From positions 49,538,001 to 49,602,000 of the forward strand of contig CM060732.1 in assembly GCA_030704615.1 (NCBI GenBank): a DNA stretch of 64,000 nt. Direction: 5' to 3'. Position 1 is the first letter of the stretch, and each line of letters opens with the position of its first letter. Source of the DNA: Takakia lepidozioides. Taxonomy: Eukaryota; Plantae; Bryophyta. The position numbers were made by a program, and so were the translations under genes. The notes beneath the pieces were generated by a model. The model did no database searches. It saw only the letters and a program-made list of their open reading frames with translations, and had not been told where the DNA came from. This document shows positions 10,801 through 22,544 of this stretch, piece by piece.

Positions 10801-13413
10801 AGTGTGTGGCCATAGAGTTGAGACAGACACAGAGCCTGAGAGATCAAATTCAAGTTCGTGTGAAGCGTGGCAGTTGTTTACAGGTGCTGATGCCTAGCTT
10901 TTTCCATGAGGAGAAAATTGCACTCAATAAACTGTGTTGGGGTTGGCATGTTTGTAGCCAAGTGATCTGTCAAGGGTAAAGGACTCAGAATCTTTTTGAA
11001 TGCTGCAGGAGGGATATAAAGCTGTGAGGTTCAATCCATATCTCTGGCCTTCTGGCCAAAAGGTGATTCTTTTATCATGGTCACTTTCTTTCACAACATT
11101 ATTTATATGGTTGTAGGTGTATATGTGATTGTGTGGGGGTACTTCACTTCAGAGTCTTCCTTCAGCTTCCTTCAGATTTGGGAGATTTCTACAAAGATGT
11201 ACCCCTTGGCCTATCCTTTGAGCCCGTGGACTTTGAAGCGTTCTCCTCACAGAATTCCCCAGGGTACGAAAACCTATCCTAGCTGTCACTTTCAGTGGAT
11301 GGCAGTAAAGTAAAAGAGGTGTGAATGTTTGGTTTTAGGTTGGGAGCTGACATCTAAGTCATAGCATGCTGTTGACCAGCCTGCTACTTGGACCTCTCCT
11401 TTCACCCAGATGTCACGCATGTTTAATTGCACTGGCAGTCTCACTTGAGATGAAAGAAGAAACAGAAAGAAATTGTATGAGGTTCACAGGAACTGGAACG
11501 TCTCTGATAGGGAACAGCTTTGGTGATGGAACAGATGACCAATGAAATGGGCAAAGCCATGTTTGCTAAGGCTGGAGATCTTGGTGTTCCTGTGGGCTTC
11601 ATGTGCTTCAAGGTACTGACATGCATGCACCTTACAAGGCCATTGCATGCAATGTGCTGGTGAATCTGAATGAGAATAAACTGGGAGTCAGTGGGAGAGT
11701 GTTGCTTACTATTTTGTTTCTTGTGCAGGGGCTCCTATTGCACATTGAAGACATTGAGGAGTTGTGCACCGAGTTCCCTGCGACAACCGTACTGATGGAC
11801 CACCTGGGCTTCTGCAAGCCACCCATGTGAGCAGTCGTTCTTTGATTCATGTCTCCCATGATGGTTTCCCATTCCTGTGATGATTTTAGCCCTCTCTTCA
11901 GTGACTAGCCATTGCGAGTGAGCGGTCTGTCGTCAACTTTGGCGGGCTGTAATGGCAACTTTTGGTGACCAAGAGCAAATACTTCCTTCTTATCAGATAT
12001 AGATTGCGTATGGAACCAACTTCTCAGCTTACTTCTGGCACTGAATCAAGGGGCCACAGTTGTGCTATTTTCCTTACCCTCTCCTACACCACCCACCTGC
12101 CCTTTTTGTCCTACCCCACTCTTGTCTGCTCCATCTTAACTGGTCCTGGGGTCATTGGCCTCATGGTCGCAGCGACCTGAGGTTATCTGTGGGTTGAGTT
12201 CAGCTGCTTGTTTGGGATGGTTATTGCAGGAATGGTGAGGAAGCAGAAGCATGGACACGACTCTTAAACCTTTCCCGGTTTCCACAGGTGCTTATGATGG
12301 CCGGATGATGCCTATAATTAAGCCTATGATGTTCCGGTGAAACTGATATACAGCCATTCTAAGCTGAAGGGGTGCCTGACAAGGTCAATCATGACTGAAT
12401 TGGTCAAATTTTATGTTCCTCCAAGTTCACCTAGAAATTGACAAAGTTAAAAGTGCGTTGGGACTCAGATCCCTATGCATGACTTGTGGAACAGTAGCAC
12501 TGTTGCTGTACACTTTATCAAGTCTAATTGACAGATATGGTGCAGTTTTCACATTGCCCATGAAACATACAGCATTCTGTAATTTAGAACAATAGCTGTC
12601 TTCTAATTACAGATCTTTCCTTCCAGGTCTATGTTAAGACGAGTGCTTTTTTCCGCGTCTCAAGGGACCCTTATCCATACAAGGACACCTGGCCTCTTGT
12701 CAAGCAGCTGTTAGAAGCTTATGGTGCTGACCACCTCATGTGGGGCAGGTACTCCCTTACCCTCCAGTCTTGTTTTCTCACGGTCAATGACCTTTAATTG
12801 GTGATTCAGCAGTTGCTACTTTCTGTACTGTTACCAGTGCACATTAGGCAAATTTCAAAGGGTGGATTCTCTAGGTTGTGAGTATGCTACACAATATTGG
12901 AACCTGCAACCTGGGCTTTGCGGTCAGGATGGCAAAATTGCAGAGACCAGGGTTGGTCAGGGGGATGCCTAGGCTTGTCATTAGAGGAGAGAATCATCAT
13001 CTGTTCTAAATTCAGTGCATGTGGGGAGGAGGTTTAAAAGAACAAATAATATTGACATCTATCTATTTGGATAATGCATCATCCAGGATCTTAACTCTTC
13101 TTCCTTGTCTCTACCAAGTCTAACTTGTTTATATATGGGCAAATGGTTCCATTGCATATGGGTTTACTTGAACTACACACATCTGACTATTTGCATGTAT
13201 TCTTTGGGCAGCGACTTTCCATTTGTAACAGCTGAGTGTGGGTATGCCAATGCCTGGCGGGTGCTGCCATCTGTGGGCTCACCTGAAGCTTTCTTTTCAG
13301 AGCGGGAGGTTGAAGCCCTTATGGGCGGCACTGCTCTCTCTGTCTTCAAGGGTGGTTGGAGAAAAAGGGCTTCTGGTATAAGTCAACTGGATTTCAATGC
13401 CGCACAGCATTAG
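7866..13413 (+). CDS. Amidohydrolase_2 family metal-dependent hydrolase (At2g35450-like) with probable transit peptide, 11 exons
   Basis: Phase-consistent GT-AG exons: 7866-8071, 8448-8568, 9115-9183, 9906-9985, 10486-10585, 11009-11062, 11535-11612, 11729-11826, 12230-12287, 12627-12748, 13212-13413. Motifs IDTHLHVW, VDGALIVQP, AVRFNP, MDHLG, VYVKTS, LMWGSDFP. Confidence 0.9.
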
Positions 13414-14418
13414 CAGCTCAATTATGTGTCCCAGAACGGAGGTGTTCAGAAAGTTAGAGAGCTGAGAGCTTGCCATTTAAATCAGTGACCTGTCCCCATG
13501 TGTACATCATTTTTTGTTCGTAGCTTTTTAGTGGTGGATTCATGTTGTAGTTTTATCCTTGTCATACCACTCCGAACTACTTTAATTGCTAAGCAAATCC
13601 AACTTAATACATGGATCCATTGGAGGGCAAATTGGAGGGCAAGTCTTCTTAGTGGCATGTTGAACCAGAAAGGAAGTAGTGTCCTATGCAGCTCCTCTAG
13701 GACTCCAAAACAGATGTTGTCATGTCCAGCATCACAAGGCTTCATTATTCTGTATCTAATTATCCGCAATACCAATGGTTTTCCAAGTTCAGATCCTGAA
13801 AGCTCCCAAAAAAACCTTGGAGGAAAAGACAGTAGTTTGTTTCCCCTATGGGATGATTTACCATACCTTCTTTGTGGTATATGATTACAAGGTAGCTGCA
13901 AATGCTTATGAAGCATGTTGGAGCAATTCACATGATACTTAGGCAATAGAAACTGGGTAAGGGTGAGGCAGTCGGATGCCCGGCATCAAGCAGGTGACAA
14001 CACAAGTACCCTAAAAAACCTAGCAGCCATTGTGCGATTGAAGGAAGGTTAAGATCCAGCCCTCACACAGCAGATTCCTTATTTGAACTGATGGCAGAAC
14101 AAGTAGTTGAGAAACCTCAAAAACTTAGGCTGGGTTTAGACTGCGCCGAAACGAGCGGCTAAAATGCGATGGTGGTCAATGATTAGACGAATTTCAGGTG
14201 AACTTCAATTTAAAACGAAGAGTGAGGTTGATTCGAGCACTGCAGCTGTCTTGTAGTTTCTGTGGTTGCCTGAGAACCCTTCCATGAGGAATGTTTATAA
14301 TTTGGACTCAGTAGGGTGAATATGAGATGTTAGATGAGGGAGACAAAGAATGGAGTGAACTTACAAATGGACGTGGTGTGCTAAGCAAGATGGGCATTTT
14401 TTGGTTGGGTGTCTCCAG

Positions 14419-15080
14419 TATGAGACAAGCAGATACCACGCAGCCAGTTTAATTCGTGGTGGCTACACACCCCAACTTATCAAGCCTACACTGTGGACGG
14501 GATGTACATCTCTTTGATCTTGGATGCAGTGGGGGCTGTGAAGAGCGCTCGCAGTGCTGCGGTTGTGTTGCGCAGCCTCACACCCAATGCTCAGGGTGTT
14601 TTTCGAACTCTTGCAGATTTCCAGCTTGCCCACCATGACGAACAAGGCACCGCCCTTCCTATAGCTTTATGGGAATTCAATTATGTGGGCTGCTTCTGAC
14701 ATCCAGACGACAGTACACTGTCTGGTGTTCACATGGCATGTTTGCAAAGGGTGTCAGATTCCATTTCTACAATCTGACACCAGAAAGGCATACCCATGCT
14801 CTGTACCTTAGACACACATGGAGCAATTTGACTGGAAAATGAATTCAGAAACGAAACTCCCCCAATTGAGTTAACTTTCAGGATGGGAAAGATGAATACA
14901 AGAATGACTGCATAGATTGCAAGGATGTCAAATACTGGATTGGTGATGTCAGACGCAGGCCTGCCATTGCACCGCTTGTACATAGCATGCAAGGAACAGT
15001 TTTTGTTCAGGGGTGAGGTGACTCCACGCACTCACTTGACTGAATTCAAAGACCATAACCTGCTCTGGGGTCAACGAGGC
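14419..15080 (+). pseudogene. ORC2: ORC2 (origin recognition complex subunit 2) C-terminal fragment, pseudogene
   Basis: Exon-like blocks 14419-14646 (*DKQ..QFNSWWLHTPTY..VVLRSLTPNAQGVFRTLADFQL) and 14959-~15080 (GLP..LY..CKEQF..HLTEFKDHNL) match the recalled plant ORC2 C-terminus. The conserved Trp codon is TGA (14421-14423). No 5' exons found. Confidence 0.8.
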
Positions 15081-15479
15081 GTAGAGTTTTGTTTGTTGAG
15101 TTTTTACAAAACCCTGAGTGTGATCCTGCAATATTGTACCGTCCCTAATATATAAGTAAAAACAACCAAGTCCCAGTTAGAACCAGTGAGCACGTTCATG
15201 GCTGTTACATAATTTGTGCCGCGAAACTCTCAAGTGACATTCCTGTTGTTTAGAATGAAAGGAATCTTTATGATTTTAAGCTATGGTGGTGTTTGAGTTC
15301 TTCAGTACAGATAGATCATTCTATAGTTATCATCATGTATGAGAAATAGTGATCCAAGACCCCCAAAACGATGTGACTGTGTATGTGACATGTATAGGCT
15401 GCAGTCAGGAATGCACCAAGGGGGCTGCAATGGTCTAAATCATCTGACACATGATCCATTTCTTGTTCCCAGGAAGGTC

Positions 15480-18124
15480 TTAATCAGGTTGGTCAATGTC
15501 TGCGAGACTCATCCCAAGTCCAAGCCGGTTTGCACTGATTATTTGGGTATCCAGCGTGAACGTCTCCTTCTGGGTTGCTGGACGGAGTAAAAACGTTTTG
15601 AACCTCCTTTGCCTCACAAATGCTGTGTGTAATGTCAAGCGAACATCCCACTTCATTTCAGTTCCAAATTCCACTTTTGCTATTGGCACTTCCCATGTTG
15701 CATCTGCATGCGGATTGTTAAGCTGCACGCTCTTCGGGTTGACTGGGAGCTTGGGTAAGTGTCCCCATGATACTCTGTCGGGTCTTTCAGGGCGAAAGCT
15801 CTGTCCGTCTTCCCATAGTGAAATCCTCCAAGTCCAGGTGACAGATTTCGAGTCGAGGGGGTCCACTGTTGCGGCCGTCCAGCCATGTTTGTAGAAATCT
15901 TGAGAAACCGCAGAAGAGAAGCTGGCCGAAATTTGAGCACTTGATCTAGGGTCGAAGGAGACCCCCACTGTTTGTGATCTCTATGCATTCAGACACATGG
16001 AAATATTCATGAGCAGACAGAACAACACTCAAGACATATCTGAAGTTGACCTAATCTGGGGAAAACCATATGCTGGGAAGGTGCTGGACAACATTAGAGC
16101 CCACACTTGAGGCACTGCTTAAAGTTAGGCTCCAATAGCATGTTCAGAGCTGGCCATCCTCCCACGAAAGTAGCAGTGAGTAAATCTAAGTTTCTTGACA
16201 TGCGCCGGAGAGCATGTAAGAACTCCACATAATTTTAAATCATAATTTGTTCAGATCTCACTTGGGATCATACCTGCTTGTTAACAACATCTTGGCAGGC
16301 GTCATCTGCAGGGTTGGCGAACATGTGGTCGACTCTGTTCCTCCACTGTTCTGAGGGCTTCACAGTCACATCAAACTGGTAAATGAAGTGGCCTCTATTG
16401 TTCTTGTCGTCGACGCAATTATAAATCCCGAACTGAACATTGAACAGTTGTAGCTTTAGTGAGGCTCGGCTTCCGGAAGTGTTTCTGTTGTGAACAATTC
16501 ACCCAGGCTGGAAAATTAATACTTACAATCCTGATGTACAAGAATTTGACACATATGCATTACAGTTCTGTGGAGAAGAGAATCACCTGTCACAAGAAGT
16601 TTCGAACTTCACAGCAGCATAAGCCTTTTGATCATTCATTCCTGGCACCTTCCACTGAGATTCCATAACACAATCATGAGCCATGCTCATGGGAGGCTCA
16701 CACTTTTCCAGCTGGGCACTGCGGGTGTAACTTTCGTCGATTGAGAATAGCGAACTTGGTATCCGACCCTTGATCGTACACTCCTCCTGAGAGGAATTTA
16801 CAAAGGAAAGTTTCAGCCACACCCCCCTACGACTTGACAAAGACACTTGTAGAGTGTGCCTTTCGGTAAAACAATATTTTTTAATGTGGATTAAACGTTG
16901 AACACATCAGGACAGTGGCTTACCTAAGTGTTTCCACTGTGTTTGATCCCTGTCCCAAGCCTTCTTTCAGAAAACTGCAAACAAACTGAACCTCCAGCCA
17001 CGGAAAGGGGCATATCAAGTAGAATACTAACATCCATAGAAACTGACCCTATAGAAAGTGAGCTAAGTTGGCCCCCTGCCACCTCAAAATGTTTCGGATA
17101 AATCCACCCTAGACATTGGTAGATTATAACGATTTGGCGGAAAACCCCAGCAGTTTTTGAGGGGCACAAATGTGGGTTTTCTTATCAAAATTTCTAACAG
17201 ACAAGTTGCTTTTTTGGGAGCACATTCTTCACTGGCAGATAACCCACCTCGATGCTGTCACGGCCTTCTCCTTCTCCAACAAGCAGCGGCTCCGCCTCAT
17301 GACACAGCTCCTCGAATTCACTGGCAGACCCAATGCTCGACTCAGGGCTCGACACAGACTCGCGCTCTTCCTCTTCCTCGCTTAATACGATCGTTCCTTC
17401 GCTGCCCAAGAACTCAGAACCTGTTGCGGTTTCTGAGTTGCCATGAAAGTGGAGAACTACTTCGTTGTCGGTAGATTCCACTACAGTGAACCCCAGCTTC
17501 TTCAATCTCTCAACTGGAGCTTCACCATCGTCTGAAGTATTCAAGATGATCTCATCTCCAACAGTGAAAGCCAAGGTTGGTGGGGTGTCAGATCCAACCA
17601 TTGGAATCTGACAATTCAAGGAACATTTCACGAGTAATTAGTGAAGATGCTACAAAAGCTGTACATGGCGCTGAGTTGACTACCTTGGGTCACTATGTGC
17701 ATCTTAGGAATGTGAGTGTGAGCTCGAGTATTTTGAAAAATGGTTTCTACCGTCTTCAAAGAATCTAGCACCAATCTACAATAACACGACACTGAAATTG
17801 CACACTTCGACCAACATCGCAAGGATGTTACCTCCCTATTCGATGCATGAGGCTCCATGGAGCCTCTTCCAGCTCTGAATTTATCCTTTAGCACGCTCTG
17901 CGGCGTTCAACCCCAAGAGTGTGGACCTCGTGCACGCACTTCCTTCTCAAACCCGTACCGTCAGCTGTGAACTCTTCTTCTCTCGTCCTCCTCGCTTATT
18001 CTCTTACGATTCTTGGAGCATTGCCATACGCAAGTGCTGCGATGGTCCTGTCATGTGCATCTAACCGCAGAGCAAACTGTTTACAAGTGTACTGCACTAC
18101 ATCAAAGGTCAAATTAGTAGACAT
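15480..18124 (-). CDS. Uncharacterised multi-exon gene: acidic N-terminal region, C-terminal domain resembling leukocidin/hemolysin beta-pore-forming toxins; middle exons ambiguous, possibly a nonsense allele
   Basis: Phase-consistent exons 18124-18008, 17897-17832, 17607-17248, then 16484-16274 and 15980-15480. Small exons near 16974/16960-16924 and ~16786-16702 fit more than one frame. The spliced C-terminus contains an alternating Ser-rich hairpin, RSQTVGVSF-DPRSS-AQISASFSSAVSQ. Confidence 0.6.
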
Positions 18125-18293
18125 TGTCAAAGCTTCAACCTTAGCGACCTCATCTACGTCTGTTTGCACGGAAATTGAATCGCCTATACCCTACTCGGAA
18201 GCAGTACAGGACCCAAACACAGCCCCCCTCCCTCTCCCTCTCTAGAGAGTGACATGGAACCGAAGGAGTGTAAACTCCAGTCGGCGTTACGTT

Positions 18294-18365
18294 GGGTTAC
18301 ACGGTGGGGACTGTAACTTCACTTGGGGTTACACGACGGGGTGTGTAACTCCACTCAGGGTTACA
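18294..18365. repeat. 32-bp tandem repeat of palindromic GTTACA-Nx-TGTAAC units in a divergent intergenic region
   Basis: GGGTTACA at 18294, 18326 and 18358; each full unit contains TGTAAC. Confidence 0.75.
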
Positions 18366-18720
18366 AAAAAGTGCATATCTATGCAGAAGCAGTTACCCCC
18401 TAACTTACAAGCCCAACTTGGAAAGGGAAGGAAGTTGATTGCATCTGTAGAACGAGTGCAGCCCATCCCCATCATTTCCACCCACAAGTTCATGCTACTG
18501 AAACATGTAAGGCAGGATGAATCAGGCTCAGCGAAGAACGGCATCGAGGGACAAGTTTGAGGCCTCGTCTGTTATGCAAATACACTGGGAGAGGTTGTTG
18601 GTTTGGAGCGTAGCGTGGGTGTGAATGCAAAGTCTCTTGTTGCTATCCTCGAAAGGGTCTAGTTCGGGAGACAGCGAGAGGAGGAGAGGTAGATATAGCA
18701 CTCCGCAGGAGCAGTAAAGG

Positions 18721-21102
18721 ATGGCATTGATGGTTAGAGGAGAGTTTCTGGGAGCCCTAATTGCAGACTTTGCTCTCACTCCCGGTGCGAGCTGCCATCG
18801 TCGTTTTGTTCGCAGACTTACTGTGTCCGGCCTCTTTCCTATACTTCTACTTCAGCCATAGCCACTGTCATTGCTGTGCATTGCCTACAACCCGTACCTC
18901 CTCTATCTCTTTTTGCTTCTCTGCCAAAACTTAGTTCTGGATGTGGAAACTCTCCTAATATATCTCGATATTTTCCTCACGCGTCAAGTACTTTAATGAC
19001 CTTAGATGTGGACAAAGAGGAAGATGAAGAAGAGATAGAGGAAGAAGACGACTATGAAGATGACGGCGACGAGAGGGATGAGAAGCTGGAAGTCCGAGAG
19101 AGAGGTAGGGAGGGCGTGGTTAGGCGCTCGTTTCGGCTGTTGGGGAACAAGGAGAAGACGGAGCTTAGGGCATATGCGCACCAACTAGGCAAAGACATTT
19201 GTGTGCACCAGGTCTCTCTCTTCCAGCCTCCTTTTTTGTCTTGGTGCGGCTCTTTCTCCGTTTTCAACTGGAGAAAGGGAAGCCTATTGGATCAATTACA
19301 GTGCGCCTCATTCTTCTTTTCCCTCGTGAAATAGCAAGCATCCCAGATTAAACTTTGTGAACCTTGGTAAGGCAAGAAATGTCAGTACAATACCAAAATG
19401 ACAATCCATCCGTACTAAAAACTAACAGCACAACTAGGTGGAGCCCCTCAGAAGCTGAGGACAGGCAAAGAGTACTAAAACCTGGCAAGGCCACAACCAG
19501 CTAGCAATGCTCGGGTGGGGTGCAAGCAAGCCTTGAAGTCAAGTTGTGTTAGTCTCAACAGATGTTGCCAATGTTTAATTTTCAAGTTTGTGACACCCAC
19601 AAATTGAATCTTGAGTGTAGGAAATTTCCTGTCCAATGTCACAAATTTTATGTTGTTTGGCCAGCACAATTTATGTTGCGCATTGTGGCTGTTAGAGGAA
19701 AACGCCTTAGTCCTTTGGGGATTCCCAAATCTCTCGCAAATTACCGGATGGATTGGATAAAATTTTTGTTTCCTCATTTGCGATTGGAGTCTGACGTGGG
19801 CCTCAATGTGTTTGTCTTTGGGTTGGCAGGTGGGAAAATGGGGAGTCACTTCAACTGTTATCACAGCGATCAGTGATGCTTTGGAGGCTAATGAGCTCAT
19901 CAAGGCATCTCTCTCTCTGCCCTCCTCCCAGTTGTTTTTTTGTCTGCCTGTTGGACTCTCTCACCACTCAATGGAACATTCATGTCGGAGATGAGTCAGT
20001 CTCGAAATGGAATATTATTAGCTTGGAGGGAGTATGGCGGTTCCATACTGAGATTTCCACCAAACCAGAAGCATTCCATTCCTTGGAGGCCAATGGCCAC
20101 ATGGGTACAACATGTGTGTCATTGCAAGTCATTGCAAAGCATTACATTTTTCACCGTATTCAATCTTCTCTCTTGTCTTGTCTTCCTCTTTTTCTGCCCA
20201 AACTGGGCATGGGGTCTGTGGCCAAAAGTCTACGGAAAATGTCTTACTACTACATTCTTTTTGTCTCCCTCTCTTTGGGCATTATGTTGATATCATAGAT
20301 CCCTTGTTTATTTTCCATTATGCATCGTTTTGCGTCTTAACTTTCGAGTTCACAGTTCTTATTACACAATGGTTTCCATCATTGGAACGGAACAAGGACG
20401 AGTGTTCCGTCTTCCTTTGAAGTAAGCTGCCCCAATGTTTGAGTGACCTGCGCTACATGAGGTGTGCTTGTATGCATAGGACATGATGTACTCTTTCTTG
20501 ACTATCATCCTACATTGTAACAGGTGAGGGTACTAGATAACTGTTCTGACGAGCTAGATGACACTGTGAGGGAATTGGAGGACAAGACAGAAGCCCAAAT
20601 TGTGGGGCATATTGGGCGCACACTTTTGCTGTACAGACCCAGCCTATGCAAACTAGCAGCAGCCCAAGCTGCTCAAGAAAAGTCACAAGCTCAACCAAGG
20701 AGAAGCCGTCTGGGGATGTCTACAGGACAGGTGCGTTCCCATGGATCTCCCTTTCCACAATGTCGTAGAATGACGGATTTCTTATGTGAAGTTTTCATGT
20801 TTCTCTTTCCATGGCTGATTTTTGGTCAGACTGGAAGTGGAACTTCAGGTGGATTTGGTGGTCAGTAGTACAGTACCTGTATATTTACCTTGGATAGCCT
20901 AAACTGCCTGCAGTGCCATAATTTGGTTGAAACTGAGAGACGTGGGAGATAGCAACCTTTTTTGTGTCGTATCTGCACAGTTAAACTGCCACTGAATTGC
21001 TTGCTCATTCCATTTTTATGTGCGCAGAAGCCTAAAAGTTCGTGTAAAGGAGCGTCCAAAGCCAATAGCAAAGTTGGGAAATCGCGAGCTTCTACCAGAT
21101 AG
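18721..21102 (+). CDS. Single CRM (CRS1/YhbY) domain RNA-binding protein, probably plastid-targeted
   Basis: Exons 18721-18732 (tentative), 18816-19211, 19830-19904 (GC donor), 20524-20730, 21028-21102. KEKTELRAYAH..QVGKWGVT..ALEANELIKVRV..IVGHIGRTLLLYRPS is a CRM domain, preceded by an acidic tract and a Ser-rich leader. Confidence 0.85.
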
Positions 21103-22544
21103 TCAAACCATTGTTTGTATCTATTGGCATATTTCGCTTGCCAAATGGATGCAAATTGTTGTCATTCTGTAGATGAGGGGAAGTTCAAATTCTTTCTTTG
21201 TATAACTTTGCAGTTGAGACCCACTGAGTACTCCAAATCATCACCACTCTTTATCAGTTAGATGGAAGTCCCCCAGAGCAATGTACTTATTCTTCAAGGG
21301 GGAGAGCTTTTCTGCAAGTGGCTGCGATTTCTGCCTTCAACATTTTTCATCCCCTTGAAAAAGTGTCTGATGTGGCCCCAAAGGAGATAGAGCGGGATAT
21401 GTGTTTGTTTATGGGTAGTGGCAACCAAAAAGGCATAGGAGCTTTAGAAGCTTAGCCCTTTTAGACTAGGATGGTTGTATGATTTCGTAAGTGTGGTATC
21501 TCAAAAACTTGATTATTTGGTGAAAAGATGTTATTGTGTCATATTGTTTGTTTTTTTGTGTTGCATTATGATGTGCAGGATGTAAATATGACATAGCCCT
21601 GTTTCTGAAGCAGTGTACTTCTTGTATATTATTGTCCACAAACACACCATAGATAATGTGGGTAAAGTAGTGGGGGATCCCAGATTTATCACGGACTCAT
21701 CTCAATCTAACCATTTCAATTCCAAACGATCCTTGAAAATAGTAATCTTAGCTATGAGAATGGATGTGACTTTTAGGCCTCAATCTTCCCCTTTCTTAAG
21801 AACATTTCTATAGGCATGCTCTTGACAGTGATTCTGCACTTCTGACAAAGCTGCATCCACTAGCAAACTACCCCCAGTACATTGCAAAGGAGGCGGGATA
21901 TTCCTAGGACAGGCAAAGTTAGCTTCACAAAACGAGGGAAAACACAAGTTTTCTGTGAGCACCTTGTCTTTGGGAAAACTAGAGTCAAATCCCTGTCACG
22001 CTGTTGTTTAAAATGTGTAAAAGAAACAGGATTCTCCCCCACCCCCCTCCAACACCCAAAAGGAAAAAAGGCCCAACCTGAGAAGAAGTTTCTGGAATCT
22101 TTCATGCCATGAGCAGTGAGGTCGGGTGCTGTGTGGGTTTGCTTTGTGTGCTTACGATGCAAAGTTAGTCAAGGAATGCTGAGTTTACAATCTTCGATTA
22201 AAAGAAAGGTTCACAGACTGGCTCCTTAATATGTTGTGTCCCATCCCTAAAGACCACCACTCTACATCCTCGATCGGGCGTTTTTTCCGTGATCTGACTT
22301 CCGCACAAGCATGAAACTGCGTTTCGAAGTAGGATCAAGAGACTCCATAAACTATGTGTCTTACAACTGTAGATTCCAATCCAACTTTTTGATACTTACA
22401 ATTGACATCCAACATTGGAGTATTTAAATGTGTTATGCGACAAACTAGACAGTTTACGAGAATGAGGCCAGAATCTATCAAGGAAGCTGCACACGACTAT
22501 TCATTGGTACGATTACAAGAACTTTGTACATGAATTGTTGAATA

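Noticed and set aside
15680-15988. ORF WGSPSTLDQ.. as the last exon of the minus-strand gene
   Set aside because: Phase-compatible through the CAG acceptor at 15968, but shorter and less protein-like than the frame reached through the TAG acceptor at 15981. Not fully excluded without cDNA.
16020-16200. Extra exon of the toxin-like gene
   Set aside because: Stops in all three minus-strand frames, and it is not needed for phase.
18294-18365. CRISPR-like palindromic repeat array
   Set aside because: Only ~2.3 contiguous units, no unique spacers, no cas genes, eukaryotic context.
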